Shown: positions 13,252 through 26,156 of the stretch, piece after piece
Position numbering within the stretch: the stretch's first letter is position 1
How the letters are laid out: every line of letters begins with the position of its first letter
Program-made: the position numbers and the translations under genes
Notes under the pieces: generated by a model
Database searches by the model: none
Seen by the model: the letters and a program-made list of their open reading frames with translations, nothing else
Told to the model about the DNA's origin: nothing
Assembly (NCBI GenBank): GCA_016748015.1
Contig: JAAOMT010000135.1
Location: 186,001 to 250,000, forward strand
Source: Geosiphon pyriformis uo1
Lineage: Eukaryota; Fungi; Glomeromycota
DNA length: 64,000 nt
Reading direction: 5' to 3'

Positions 13252-14391
13252 ATGTCGGAAGTATACCTCAAAAAACAAGAATATGGCAAAGATCGTGTAC
13301 GCCTGATGAAGGTCATCCGATGTGGTGATTGGCATGAAATCATTGAGTTGACGGTAAGTGCCGCTCAATTTCTTATTTTTGGAGATTCCCATTACTCGCT
13401 TTTACCTTGAATACCTTTCATGCTAGGTTCGGATCCTTTTAGGAGGTGACTTTACAGTGTCCTACACTGAAGGGGATAACACCCCAATAGTGGCCACTGA
13501 CTCTATGAAGAATATTATTTATTATCTCGCCAAGAAATCTTCAAACGTTCAACATATTGAGTTGTTCGCTATGGAAATTGGGGAATTTTTTGTGACGAAA
13601 TATACTCATGTCTCTCACGCAAATGTTTTGATCACGAGACATCGATGGACGAGAATGTTGATTGATGGGAAGCTACACCAACATTCTTTTATCCGTGATG
13701 GGGAAGAGACTCGTAATACGCACGTAATAGTTGCAAAGGAGAAAAACCTAAGGATTTCTGTGAAAATCGAATCTGGCCTAAAAGACATACTGGTATTGAA
13801 AACCACTGGATCCGCGTTTCGTTCGTTTTTAAGAGATGAGTGTAAGTTTTACATGGCTGTTTAAGATTTGCTTTCGATATTTTGTAATTTAAATGCCAAA
13901 TATGAATTTTTAATTTTCATGTTTGTTTAGTTACAACTCTTCCGGAAACTGATGACCGTATTCTATCTACGGCTGTCGATGCCACATGGACCTTTAAAAT
14001 TCCTGATCTAACCTTTGTGCGAGCTATTCCTTTCGATGATATATATAATTCGATAAGGCAGATTACACTGAATACTTTTGCAATTGAAAATAGCGTCTCG
14101 GTGCAGGCAACTTTATACTTGATGGCTAAACGAGCGTTGGAGAATCACCAAGAATTGGAAAATATCTCATATTCATTGCCAAATAGGCACTGTTTTGCAA
14201 TTGACCTTAGCCATTTTGGTCTCAAAAATACTGGCAAAGAAGCCGAAATTTTTGTTCCATTTAGCGATCCGTCAGGTAGGCGGTTATCAAGCCCCTCAAT
14301 TCACCATTTTCGTCATAAAAACTTTCTAACTTTATGAACATACCTCCTGATAGGTTTAATTACCGCCACTGTGGCACGTTCCAAATTGTAG
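13252..14391 (+). CDS. uox: Urate oxidase (uricase), peroxisomal; exons 13252-13353, 13427-13841, 13931-14275, 14354-14391
   Basis: GT-AG splicing gives YGKDRV, SYTEGDN..VATDSMKN, LKTTGSAF..F.RDEFTTLPETDDRILST, SVQATLY, LPNRH, PSGLITATVAR and C-terminal SKL (PTS1). Confidence 0.97.
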
Positions 14392-14994
14392 CTATGGCCT
14401 ATCAGTAATTGATTTTTCATGTTTGTAATAATGAGATGTAATTTAATATATACCCTAAACCATTATAAAGTACATTGATAATCTTTCAGAGAAGAAAAAG
14501 GAAGTTCCCGGAGTTTATAATCTTTACTTCTATTATAAATTATCGCGTGGGCCGATTAAATTTTCGCGTACACTATTATAATAATAACTCGATCCATTTC
14601 AGAATGGTGAAAAATGAGATAACCCCCCATGGAATCTCAACAGATAACCCAAAGTTTCCTCTAGTCAAAGCGCATTTCTTCGGAATGAAATTTGATAATG
14701 CCTTGCTGCGTGGATCTTGAAAAAACTGTTCCCCAAATAATAAGATTCTTGCTTGATTCAATGATTTTGTGCGTCGGGAATTTGCTAGAGATTGATTCAT
14801 GAGTTTCAATTTTATCATATTTAATTTTCTTTTTAAAGAAACTCTATTTAGAGAACTCCCTTGGTATCACAACTTTAACATTGGGCCAATTTTCTACTCT
14901 GTTCACTTGATCGTTAATTTGAAGCCCGAACATTGAAACGGTCTTTTTTCCTTAATCGAACTAACTCCGAGTTCTTCATCGTATCCCCTCTGGC

Positions 14995-15796
14995 TCATCG
15001 ATATTCCCAAATCTTTTTAAAGTAATAAGCGCCAACACCTATCGATAAGACACTCAACGTTATTGGGATTGGCTTTGGAGTACGGATAGATCTGGGAACC
15101 ATGCTACTGGCTAACACCGTTGATGCAGCTTGTACAGGGATAAGGGTTTGCGTTTTCACGAAGCATAAATAAAAATTGATGAAGGGAAAAAATATGTGGA
15201 TAGGCATTTAAAGGACCTTGAGTCAATAAATATAAATTACCAGCAGCTATCTCGTGTCCATAATGGGCGTTCTGTTGGATCCGAATTCTAAGCGAAGAAT
15301 TTTTGAAGAAAATATTACGCAAATTGCAAAAGAATAAAAGAAAATGGAAATTCTATTACCCTGCGATTCCATACAATGCTCCTATACCTATCCCGGCGAT
15401 CAACGACGGCATCGATCGAGCTCGTGCGAATCCTGATATACCACCAATTGCACCTTTGATTTCAAATAAATTATGAAAGTATTAAGGAATAAAAGTCCGT
15501 CAATTAATCATGTTACAGCGGCCCTCACAAAATGAATACGTGAATTAAATACGAGAAAATTCCATGACCATGATATTTTAATGGGATTTTGTAAAAATTT
15601 GTTCTTGTTAACAATTGATTTATATCAAAAAAACAATACTGAATATCAATTAAATTTAATTGTCCCCAAAATTCATTCTTAAAATTCGATACCACTAAAC
15701 CCCATTTAACTCTATAAGACTTCCACTGTGATATTTAAGGAATCGTAGTCAATAATTACAGATAACAGCCATTGTATATGCAGGATGATGTGACAT
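14995..15796 (-). CDS. TMEM14-family small membrane protein; exons 15796-15760, 15453-15360, 15287-15241, 15128-14995
   Basis: Spliced product MSHHPAYTMAVICAIGGISGFARARSMPSLIAGIGIGALYGIAGIRIQQNAHYGHEIAAAASTVLASSMVPR...YYFKKIWEYR carries the Tmemb_14 GG..GF..S.PSL.AG motif. Confidence 0.9.
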
Positions 15797-16359
15797 TCTT
15801 GGAAAACAGATGTCAAAATGGTGGATTTGACTTTCTTGAAAGTTTTTCGGAAGATTGTCAATCTATCATAATATTCGTGATTATTTTTTATCGGTTTGAT
15901 CAGTCGCAAGTTTTTTAATTTCCAAAATACAAAATATTTTTATTCCATATATTTTGAATTTATTAGTTGAACTAAACTTAATATAAAAATTTTATAAATA
16001 AATTTTGTATTTTTGTATTTAATTAATATGATTGATATGATTATTATTATTATTATTATTATTATGTTAATACAAGTCTAATCCAATCACCAACTATTTT
16101 TGTACAATTTAATTATTATATATTAATATGTGAAATTTCTAATATTATTAATTTGAAAATTAGACTTCTAAATTGTCAATTGGCAAATTTTATAAATAAT
16201 TCTTTAATAATATATGAGTGGTAATAATGTTAGTTATTTTTATTATTTTTATTAATATTATGTTAATTCTTTTAAAATAGCTTTTAAATAATTTAAAAAA
16301 ATTACAATTTTTTAAAATCTGTATGTGTTTTTTGTTTTTACCTTGTAAACAGTTTTCTA

Positions 16360-16465
16360 TTTTTTGCATTAATTAATATAATCCAATTATTGTCTAATTT
16401 AATAACAGAAATAATACATATTAAATATAATATATGTATTTTTTACATATAATCAGCCATTTTTT
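16360..16465 (-). repeat. Isolated LINE-A 3' UTR/tail copy (extreme 5' truncation)
   Basis: Reverse complement ggctgattatatgtaaaaaatacat matches 1231-1256 and the other 3' UTR copies. Confidence 0.55.
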
Positions 16466-16471
16466 TTAATG

Positions 16472-16555
16472 TAATAATAATAATATTTATAAATTAATAA
16501 TAATAATATTTATAAATTAATAATAATAATATTTATAAATTAATAATAATAATAT
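16472..16555. repeat. 23-bp AT minisatellite (taataataataatatttataaat) x~3.5
   Basis: Direct tandem copies visible. Confidence 0.85.
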
Positions 16556-16779
16556 ATATAATAAAATTTACTTAAATATTATATATATTAAATATAAAAA
16601 ATTAAATTATTAAATTATGTATTTATTTATACTGTTAATAAAATTATTAAATAAATTTTATATTTAATTTTAAGTTTACTTTATGTTATATAACTAAAAA
16701 ATCTTTTTCTTGTCAATTTTCTGGCCATAATAAAAATAAAGATTTATCAAAGCTTTAATTAGTCTTTTCTCCTCCTTTT

Positions 16780-19700
16780 TCTCTTTGTATTTTTTTAATT
16801 ATTTCTTTCAACTTATCTTTTTTTGTTGTAATAGATCCAATAGACTTTTTTGCTGGTGGTTTTGGTTCAGGCTTAACTGGTTTGGAAATCCATTTGAGTA
16901 CAAAAAAGAAACATATAGAGAGTATTTACTTCTACAGTATGTTTCTTAAAAAACCAAAAAAGCCTGATGTGAATATTAGTATAATTAACTTATGTTAGTT
17001 TTTTAAGTCTTAAAAATATTAATGTTTTTGATAAAAAGTATATAATATTTTGGAGTAGTAAAATTGGTAGTAAAGCTAGTAGTATTAATGATCTTTCAAA
17101 CATAAAAAATATAAAAAATTTGGTTACTAAAGAAACAAGCTATGCAAATTTAGATAATTCAGTAGTCAAAAACAATATAAACAATATTATATTGCAAAAA
17201 ACTTGCACTCAAACATACATGTTGGGTTACTTACCAAAAACTCTTTTATTTGCAAATTTGAATAATAATAACAACATTCTGATGCTTTTATTATTTAAGT
17301 TTGATGGCTCTAAACAACTCTTATTGGTCAGATTACATGTTTTGGAAAAACAGAGTTTCAATTCAGCAAAGTCATTTACATTGAATATTAAATTGTCTGT
17401 TATTTTTGGCAAAACTAATAGTGATAAATTACTGTGTATTAAAAATATTTTTTATCATATAAATAGTTTTGGGGATTTTTACTTTCTCAAAATTTTTAGA
17501 AATAATCAGATCTTTTTTTATATCTGAGTTAAGTTTGAAAAAAACTAGGAAGATGGCTGTTAGTAAGAAAATGTTAGTTAATAATAATATAAAAAAAACA
17601 AATAACTATATAGATTAAAAAATAATCATTAAGAAAATCTCAGTAAATTTTTTCAAATTAGCAATGGAGTCATTTTTTCCAAATTTAGTAAAATTATTTT
17701 AATTAAATTACAATTGATTAGTCTTTGACAAAAAGTCTTAATAAAGTTTGAATTATTAGATGTTGCTTATTTGGTTGCTTTCAAATAGTTAGTTTTTATA
17801 AAAAAGAATTCTGTGCATATAATTTTGGCAATTAATAATAAACAATTGTGAATATTTAGAGATTTATATTAGGCTTTGCTATATACTTTGCCAGTTGGCA
17901 CTACTGCTTATGATCTTTCTGATTTGTTGGAATTATATGGTAGAAAAACTTGTTTATTAACCACAATCCTAATTTATATATGTATAACAGATATGCTATG
18001 ATTTGTTTTGCTAATAAGGTGTCTAAATTTGCTGTTATTGGTTCTGTTTTAGTTTTCAAGAGCATAAATTTATACTGGACTGGTTTTTCATTGGCTTATT
18101 GTACATAGTACAAACAATTTGGTTATGTTTCTAATGTGTGTTTAATAAGTGAGAATTCTGGTAAGCATAATAAATGTGTAATTAGTTTTCAGAATTAGTT
18201 TTATTTGAAAAATATATATATAAAAAAGCAAGTGCCAATTGTTTGTCTGGTTTTATTTGGAGACAAAACTTGGATTTAGATTGCTATTGGTTTCATTTCT
18301 TATGTGGTGTTTCTGGTTTTTTTTTGGTACTGGTTTGTTTTTGAATACACAGTTTTTTATGCTGGTTTTTTTGAATATAAGTGTTAGATTTGTCATTTTT
18401 GAGTACAGTTTTATTAGCCTTATAGAGCAGGTTAATAAGTTAACTAAAAAATTAGATGTACTTGGGCCAATGGTTTTTCAGTTTAATTCTGGATGTTATC
18501 TATTAATAACTCTTTCATTACAGAATCAAAAAGTGAATATAATAATGAGTAAGGATTTAAATGTGGCTACTAATGGTAAGACTGTTGCAGAAGCAGTAAT
18601 TTTTGATCAAATATTTGTTTCAAAATTGGAAAAGAATATGGACAATCTGTTAACTACAGTTATAAACTTAATAGCCAAAGTAGACAATTTTGGTTTGAGT
18701 ATAAAGAATTTTTTTCTTAATAACAGATTTGGTGTAAAAATTTGCTATTTGTAATGTTAAAAGTATCAATGTCTCTGCCAAGTAGAAAGACATTATTTAT
18801 TAACATGTAAATTTAAATACCATAGTTTTTTTTGTAACAGAAACAAAATTAAGATCTAATGTTAAGTTTTGGATTGTGAATAAGTTTGAGAGGATATAAA
18901 TCTTTACATCTGGTTTGAAGAAGAGTTTTTTGGTGCTGGAATGGCTATCATTATGAACAATTCTTTGGTTTATTATGTTTTTAAGATAAAAGAGATTTTT
19001 GGTTGTATTGTTTTAGTGCAGTTTTTTTTTAAAAACAAGCTCTCAGTCATGTTTTTGGGTTTATATATTGATACTTCTACTGAAACTAGGTTTGATTAAA
19101 CTTTAGAAGTCAACTTTTTTATTGCCAAAGCTGTTAATTCTAGCAATTTGTGGTTTTGGGTAAAGATTTCAATAAAAATAGGTCTAAAAAGAATACAAAT
19201 TTCAAGTTTTGTTTAGATTTGGATTTGGTTAACTTATTTAGTAAACATTTATTGGTCAAAGCTTTAACTTAAAATAATTTAAAAGATGTTAATAAAGTTT
19301 TAGATTACATTTTTGTTAATAAAAACTTATTATTGGTGGTTATTTATTATGGAGTTGATTTAGTAGCTATATTTTTTAACATTAATCACAAGGCTATTTT
19401 GGTATCAATTGATTTGAATAGACTCTTAGATGTTTATTTAAATGACTTGTGCAAACAAACTAATAGAAATTAGTAGAAGTTTAAAATCAAGAATGCAAAT
19501 AATGCCAAGTAATATAATTTAAAAAATGCTCTTCTGCCAAGCTTTTGGTAATAAGAGATAGATTTTCAAATGCTAAAACTTGTGGTAATTTGAATACTAT
19601 GTGGATGCTGCTGAAAAAAATGATAATGAAGTCAACTGATAAAATATTTTCAAGACATTGGTTTAGTGAATTTTAATGTTCAAAAAACAGGCAGTTTTCT

Positions 19701-22700
19701 AAGTTTTTTGGATTGGAATTGTTAATTGCCAAAATTGTCAAGAAGTTAAGCTTAAGTAATATACTTGGATTCAATTATTTCATTAAAAAATAGTCAACTT
19801 TGAATGGAGATAAGACTATTATAGTTGTAAACATGGTGTAGAATAATGTAAAATTTATGAATATTATCAAACATTTGTTGTTAATTTATAAAAAATACAG
19901 AAGGTTCAAGATATACAAGTCAAAATTGACTAAAAAAACATCTATCAGAAAGACAATTGAAAAGCACATAGAAAATTTTAGTTCTAATAAAAGTAGTATA
20001 ATTAAAAGCATTTTAAATTAGTCTTTTTGTAAAATAGTTTTAGATCATCTGATAATAAATAGTAAGTTGGTTTTAAAACCAGAAAAGATAAAGCTTAGTG
20101 TTGATGTAATTATAAAGAGTTGGATGAAAAAGCAGACTGTGTCTGTAATATTGTCTAATCTTTAGGCTTACCAATATATGCTATTAGATTATGTAAAAGA
20201 TAATGTTTTTTCTAATATAATAAAAAAGATTAGTACAAGGGAATTGCTTTTAGTAATTGGTGGTTTGCTTAATAAAAAGACTGCTGGCTTGTCTGGCATT
20301 CCTAATAAACTTTGAAAACATGATGGTGATAAGATGGCAAGATGTTTTTTAGAATTATTGAATGTGTTTTTGTCAATTGGTAATATGTCTGCTTTGTGAA
20401 AGAAGATCTGGGTTTTGATGATTTTTAAATTTTATGATTGAAATAGAATTTTTATAAATACTTGACTTATTGCTCTAATCAAAACTGCTAGAAAAGTTTT
20501 TTTCAAGATTCTATTTGATCAGATCTTGTTTGTATATAACAAGTTTGGTGTTTTTCATGGTAATAATTTTTTGGTTTTAAAGAGTATATTTACTTAGTCT
20601 CTTGTGTTTGCTGTTGGTTAGTGGTTAAAGATGCTTTAAAGAAAAATAGAAAACTTTGGTTGGTCCTGTAAAATATACACAAAACATATAACTTAGTTGA
20701 TTGGCATTATTTAAAGACTAGCTTATGGTGAATTAAAATATGTGATAGATTTATCAAATTTTTTGGCAGTATATATAAAGATAAAGTCAACAGAGTAATG
20801 ACTGATTTTGGTTTTTTAGGTAATTATAGAATGCATAATATATTAGATTAAAATAAAGTTTTTTACTTTTTCTTTAGAGAATTTTTTATGATCCACTCTT
20901 ATATGAGATTAAAAGATATAAACAGTTGTGTGAGTACTAAATTAATACTAAATTTGTAACAAAGACTAACAAAATTAAAAACAATAGTGGAATGTTTTTT
21001 TTTTTGCAGCTAGTGTGTTTGTTAATAACATTATTTAGGTTAGAAACAGTTAAACATCTATACAATATGCTTTGAACATTGCTAGTAAGTTTTTTATGAT
21101 CAATAATATTTTGATTAATAATAAAAAAACAGTGGCTATTCCTATCAATTAAGATGTTAGAGTTGCTTTTTTAAGTAGCAATGATCAGCTAATTTCAATT
21201 GCCAAGAAAAATAAAGTGCATAGATATCTGGAAATTTTTTTGTTAACCAAAAAATTATCCAAGCCTAGTGTGGCCAAGACTTATTTTAATATTTAGTTTT
21301 TTGTTAATATAGTGTTCAAGAAAACTATTATAAATAAGCAGTTCTTTTATTTGGTGTTAGCTGTTTTGCAGTCTATAATTAATTATAGGATCCAATTTGG
21401 TTTTGTCTTATTAAGTATATATTACAAGTAAGATATCATAATTAGGAAAAACCTTAAGTCTAAAGCCTATTTGCTTTATAATTTCCTTAGTAAGACTTTG
21501 TATTATCTTTTTTTGTATAGTCTGAAATTATTTAAGCAAATGCAGTCTAAAAAAAAAGTGACTGTCTTGATTTTTTTTGCTAATATTTCAGGCATTCTTG
21601 AACATTTATTTAATTATAGATTCTTGAATTTGCAGATTATGGATTAATTTCTCTAAATTCTTTGCTATTTCTTATCAAGTTGTATATTAGTCTAGTAAAC
21701 AATTTTTTGGTTAGAATAGTAAAAATTTTTTTTAGCAATAAGCTGTCTTTGTTAAACAATTTTCTTAATGCTTTTTGTAGTTCTAGTGATTTTTCTATGT
21801 CAATAATTTTGGAGAACTTTTTGTATCTCAGTTTTGTTCATTTTTTGAAGCACTTTGGAATTGCTTTTAATAATAGGCTTTTTAATAAAAAAGATAGTAT
21901 AATAAACTGAAGAACTTTTTGTTAATAAGAAAAATTGAATCTTAAAGGCTCTGTGCCTTATTGGTTTGAGTTTACATCAAAATTTTTGTATAACAAAGGT
22001 TTTTTGTTAAGTGTTTTTATTAAGACTAATCAGTTATTAAACTTAAATATTTTGAAGTTCAAGAAGTTTTCTAATATTTAGAGTGGTTTGTATAAAATTT
22101 AATCTGGCTTATTTAATGTTTATACAGATAGTTTATTGAAAAATGCTGGCTCTGTTGATATAACTAATAGGACAGCTGTGTATTTTTTTGCTGTAGATAT
22201 GAATATTGGTGTTAAAATACATAGACTTTTGTCTTCTACTATAACTGAATTACAGGCTATTGCTTTGTTCTTGAAGTGTGTTTTATCTTCCTGTGTGGTA
22301 GTTTTGCATTTTAACAGGCAAGCTGCTATTAATACATATGTGTCTGAGATATTGTTTGCTGTGCCAGACTTTCATAATCATTGTTGGCTGAAAAAAAAGA
22401 ATATTACTAATCTAATTAAGAATAAGGATTTTACTATAAGTTAGGTAAAGATTAAAGATCATTTGAGAGTTCTTAGTAATGTAAAAGCTAACACTATAAT
22501 GAGTAAAGCTGTTTATTCTTTTTTTTTTGCCTATAGGGGTGCATAAATGTTTTTTGATTGCTAAAAACACTGTTGTATCTGGCAATACTTGTTATTTTGT
22601 TAAGGATTTGTTTCAATCTATTTGTTACACTCATTAAAAAACTGGCTCTAACTATGATATGATTTTGAATGTATTAATTAAAAATATAAATTAAACTGCT

Positions 22701-23490
22701 ATTGCAAAAGTATGGCATTCTAATTTGCACATACTCTCTAGATTTACTAAGCAAAAGTTTTTCAATCTGTATATATATTTAATAAAAGTTATGTATAAAC
22801 AGCTACTGATGGCAGTTAGGAAGAGATTGTATGATAAATAATATTCTAATATACTGTATTTGCTGTGTAATAAAGTAGAGTTCTCTAATCATGTTTTTAT
22901 TTGTGTTCAGAATGTTGATGTTTAGAAAGAAATTTTAGCTAAGAAGTCTGTATGTTAAAGTGTCTTAGTGGATATTTATAATCTGTTTTTTTCTGCTGTT
23001 CTACAAATACTTTCTAGATGTTTCTTGAATATAAGTCTGTATGTAGTAGTTTGTAAGAAGTTTTTGTTAAATTTTTGATGAAAAAAAAAAGTTATTACTA
23101 TTATTGTTGAGTACATAAGACATTTGATAAAATTACATTAGGCTAAAGTATAGTTGGTAAGATTCAAGTATAGAGTAAATATAGAAAAGACTGGTTTAGT
23201 TAAAGATGATAGTTTAATATCAAGATTGTCTTATAATATAGTGTCTGTGTTTTCAGATAGTGTAATTAGATTACTTGATAGTATCAAAGTTTTTGCTGTT
23301 AGTTTTGGTTATTGTAAACTATGTTTTTTCTTTTCAGAATTAAGTAGTGATATGTGTATTTGTATAAATATATAATATTGTCTTGTCTAATTTGAGTGGT
23401 TAACCATATATAATAAGTGTATAAGTTATATTTAATTTGAATTACTTAGTTTAGTTCTATATATTAAATAATAATTAGACTTTACTCAAT
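16780..23490 (+). mobile_element. Near full-length decayed LINE family A: ORF1 (~16830-18700), ORF2 (~18720-23375: APE endonuclease, RT, RNase H, zf), 3' UTR, A tail
   Basis: CNVKSIN..VTETKL (APE), LDYIF, *LIALIKTARK, VFVNNII*V, HRYLEIF, VYTDSLLKNAGS, ITELQAIAL, LLCNKVEFSNHVFIC; many stops. Confidence 0.85.
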
Positions 23491-24232
23491 AAATACATTA
23501 ATAAAAAAAAATATAACCAAATTTTAAACAAAATTTATAATATAAAAATCAATTTCAATTATATTTTTAAATATTAAAAATAATTTAAAAATTTAATTCT
23601 TAAAAAATAAAGTTTTTAACAATAATATTATCTAATAATTAAAAAAATAATTGAATATTTTATTAATTTATTTAATATAATAGTTTGTAAAAATTACTAT
23701 TTTTATAATAAAATTAATAAAATACAAATAAATATAATTTATTAAGATTATAAAATCTTTTTTTTAAACAATTAATAAATATTTACAAAAAGCTATTATA
23801 AAATAAGTATAAAAGCTAAACAAATTATAACTTAAAAACTCAGTTTTTAGATATCTATTCAGATATTATATTAAAATAATTTTTATTAAGTTAAAGTTCT
23901 TAACCAAAAACTTTTTACAAATTTAAAACATATTAGTTTTTTATTTAACAAAATTTTTTAATTAAATAATTTTTTATAATACAACAAATACTATTTTATT
24001 ATTAATCATAAAATTTTTTTTTAATATTAATAAATAAAATAAACAAAAAGTTTATAGTTTTATTTGTAAACATATTAATTTATTCATATTTATTATTTTA
24101 AAATAACTTTATATTTTGATTTACTTAATTAACAAATATTTATTTTTAATAATAATATTAATATATTAACTTAATATTTGTTTTAAAATTAAATTTAATC
24201 ATATATAATATTTTTTTTTATTGGCTTTATGA

Positions 24233-25327
24233 TGTTACAGGTAAACTTGGTGGGTATGGGAAATGGTAACATTTGGTGCTCTCAATTATTGATGATGCAT
24301 CTTCCACATAATTCTGTTGGCTTAGTCTTGATTATCAGTTTCTGAAGGTCTATTCCTGGATGTGAATTTTACCCATTGAGTTCTTTGGTTATAAGGCACA
24401 GAGTTTGTCTTTTGTTGATTGCAACATTTTTTCATAAATGTGAGCTTTCTTCTCCGAACTAACAAGCACAGTCATTAGAGTCTGGTGTTGTTTTTTTGCC
24501 CTTCTGGTAAGCTAACAAGATAATGTTAATATTCAAAACTTAGGAGAAGCTTCCCTTTTTTACCAGGCTATCACGAAGTCTATTCCAGACAGTCAATTTT
24601 ACTATGTTGTCACTCCACAAAAAATAAGACAGAAAAAGAAAGAAAAAGAAAAGAAAAGAAAAGAAAAGAGAGAAAAGATAAATTAGTATTGTCAATCACC
24701 ATGATCAAGAGTGATTGGTCCAAATCATTAATAGGTTTGAGGTGGTTATGCTAAGAGCATCTGTTCTAGAATGAAAGTACAAGACAAGGGTTAATTCACA
24801 TAAATTTCACAAAGTTCGAGAACATAAATTCGTGATTCTAATTTCTTTTAATAATTGGTTTATTTCAGGAGATGAAATAGGGAAGATAATAAAGGATGAA
24901 GGGATATGGATATTTTAATTTCTGGTCTAGAAGTTTGTATCTATTTTTTCTTTTCTCTCTGTTTTTTTTCACTTCTACAACTACTTGCTTTTATACATTC
25001 TTTTGGTTTTACAGGATTGCTTTCAATTGTTTTGCTATCACTAGCTATTGCATTGTTGTTTCTGTTATTGCTTCATTTTTCTATGTTATCGCTAGTTATC
25101 CTATATTATAACATGTTATCTGACATTATTACATGTTATTCTGTGTTATCCTGCATTATAACACGTTATCCTATGTTATTACATGCTATTTTGTGTTATA
25201 CTGCATTATAACATGTTATCCAATGTTATAATGTATTATTCAACATTATTGTGTGTTATTCTGTGTTATGTCACATTTTGGTCACATTTCTTCATAACTT
25301 TGGATTGGTTTTTCTACTCGGATAACA
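24233..25327 (-). repeat. E1 3' LTR; PPT at 25328-25342
   Basis: TGTTAC...ATAACA; direct repeat of 33387-34432; minus-strand aaaaaagagggataa precedes TGTTATC. Confidence 0.92.
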
Positions 25328-25341
25328 TTATCCCTCTTTTT

Positions 25342-26136
25342 TTAAAATTGAGCTCCTGTGAAATTATATGTATCTGTTATCATGGCTTCGTTCATGTAAT
25401 GTTCGATTGTTGTCTCTAGTATTGCCTTTTGTAGGTCTTTGAACTGTTGATTGGTTATTTGTCCTATGCTGTTAACCATTATGGTTTTCATAGATCCATT
25501 CAGTAGTATGTTTGGGCAATGTTGGAAGATGGCATATAATTGGTGTGCTGCTTTGTAATGTAGAGTCAGATTGTTTTTCCTTATGAATTTTTCTACTTGT
25601 TGTATTGCTTCTTTGTTGAACGTTTTCTGGTTGAGGTCTTCATATGGTGTTTTCAAGTCAAGCTGTTCTCCAATTTTGTAGAACCAATAAGCTGGAGAAA
25701 GTCTTTCTTTCCATTCCTGAGCATTGTCAGGTGTCCACTCCCCTGTTTTGGGGAGTTCGGTCCCACAAGCTAAAGCTTCTTTTATTTCTTCAAGCTCGGG
25801 GACCAAGTATCTTCTTTTGTAATCTTTTTCTTGTTCTTTGCCTTCTTCTTTTCCCTCCCCTGCCCGAAGACAATTTTTCCTTCCACATTGCCTTTCGGGT
25901 GGTGGGTAGGGGAGAGAACATTTAGTTCTAATTGAACTCTCATCCTTCCCTCTCCTGCTCTTATCTTTGTACCATATTTCTTTTTTATCAATTGTTATTT
26001 CTATTTGAGATGTCGATTTTTGAATTGTTTTAAATAATTGTTTAGATAATTTTAAAATTTGATCTGAAAGATCTATGTTGAAATTTCTATTGTTTCTTGT
26101 TGCTTTTTGGATGCTATATATATTTGAATTTCCCAA
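25342..26136 (-). CDS. E1 ORF3 (env-position, soluble, unknown function); ancestral start probably the ATA (from ATG) near 26076
   Basis: 264-codon open frame between IN and PPT, homologous to 40341-40970 and 63350-63990. Confidence 0.75.
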   Translation of the reverse strand: MGNSNIYSIQKATRNNRNFNIDLSDQILKLSKQLFKTIQKSTSQIEITIDKKEIWYKDKSRRGKDESSIRTKCSLPYPPPERQCGRKNCLRAGEGKEEGKEQEKDYKRRYLVPELEEIKEALACGTELPKTGEWTPDNAQEWKERLSPAYWFYKIGEQLDLKTPYEDLNQKTFNKEAIQQVEKFIRKNNLTLHYKAAHQLYAIFQHCPNILLNGSMKTIMVNSIGQITNQQFKDLQKAILETTIEHYMNEAMITDTYNFTGAQF

Positions 26137-26156
26137 TTTAATTTGCTGCCCGTTGT

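Noticed and set aside
14475-14818. Two overlapping 80-aa ORFs between uricase and TMEM14
   Set aside because: No recognisable motif; more likely convergent 3' UTR/intergenic DNA
25081-25270. CRISPR-like or coding interpretation of the periodic repeat (ORFs 24896-25419)
   Set aside because: 10-bp period inside a eukaryotic LTR with no spacers or cas genes; the ORFs are by-products of the repeat
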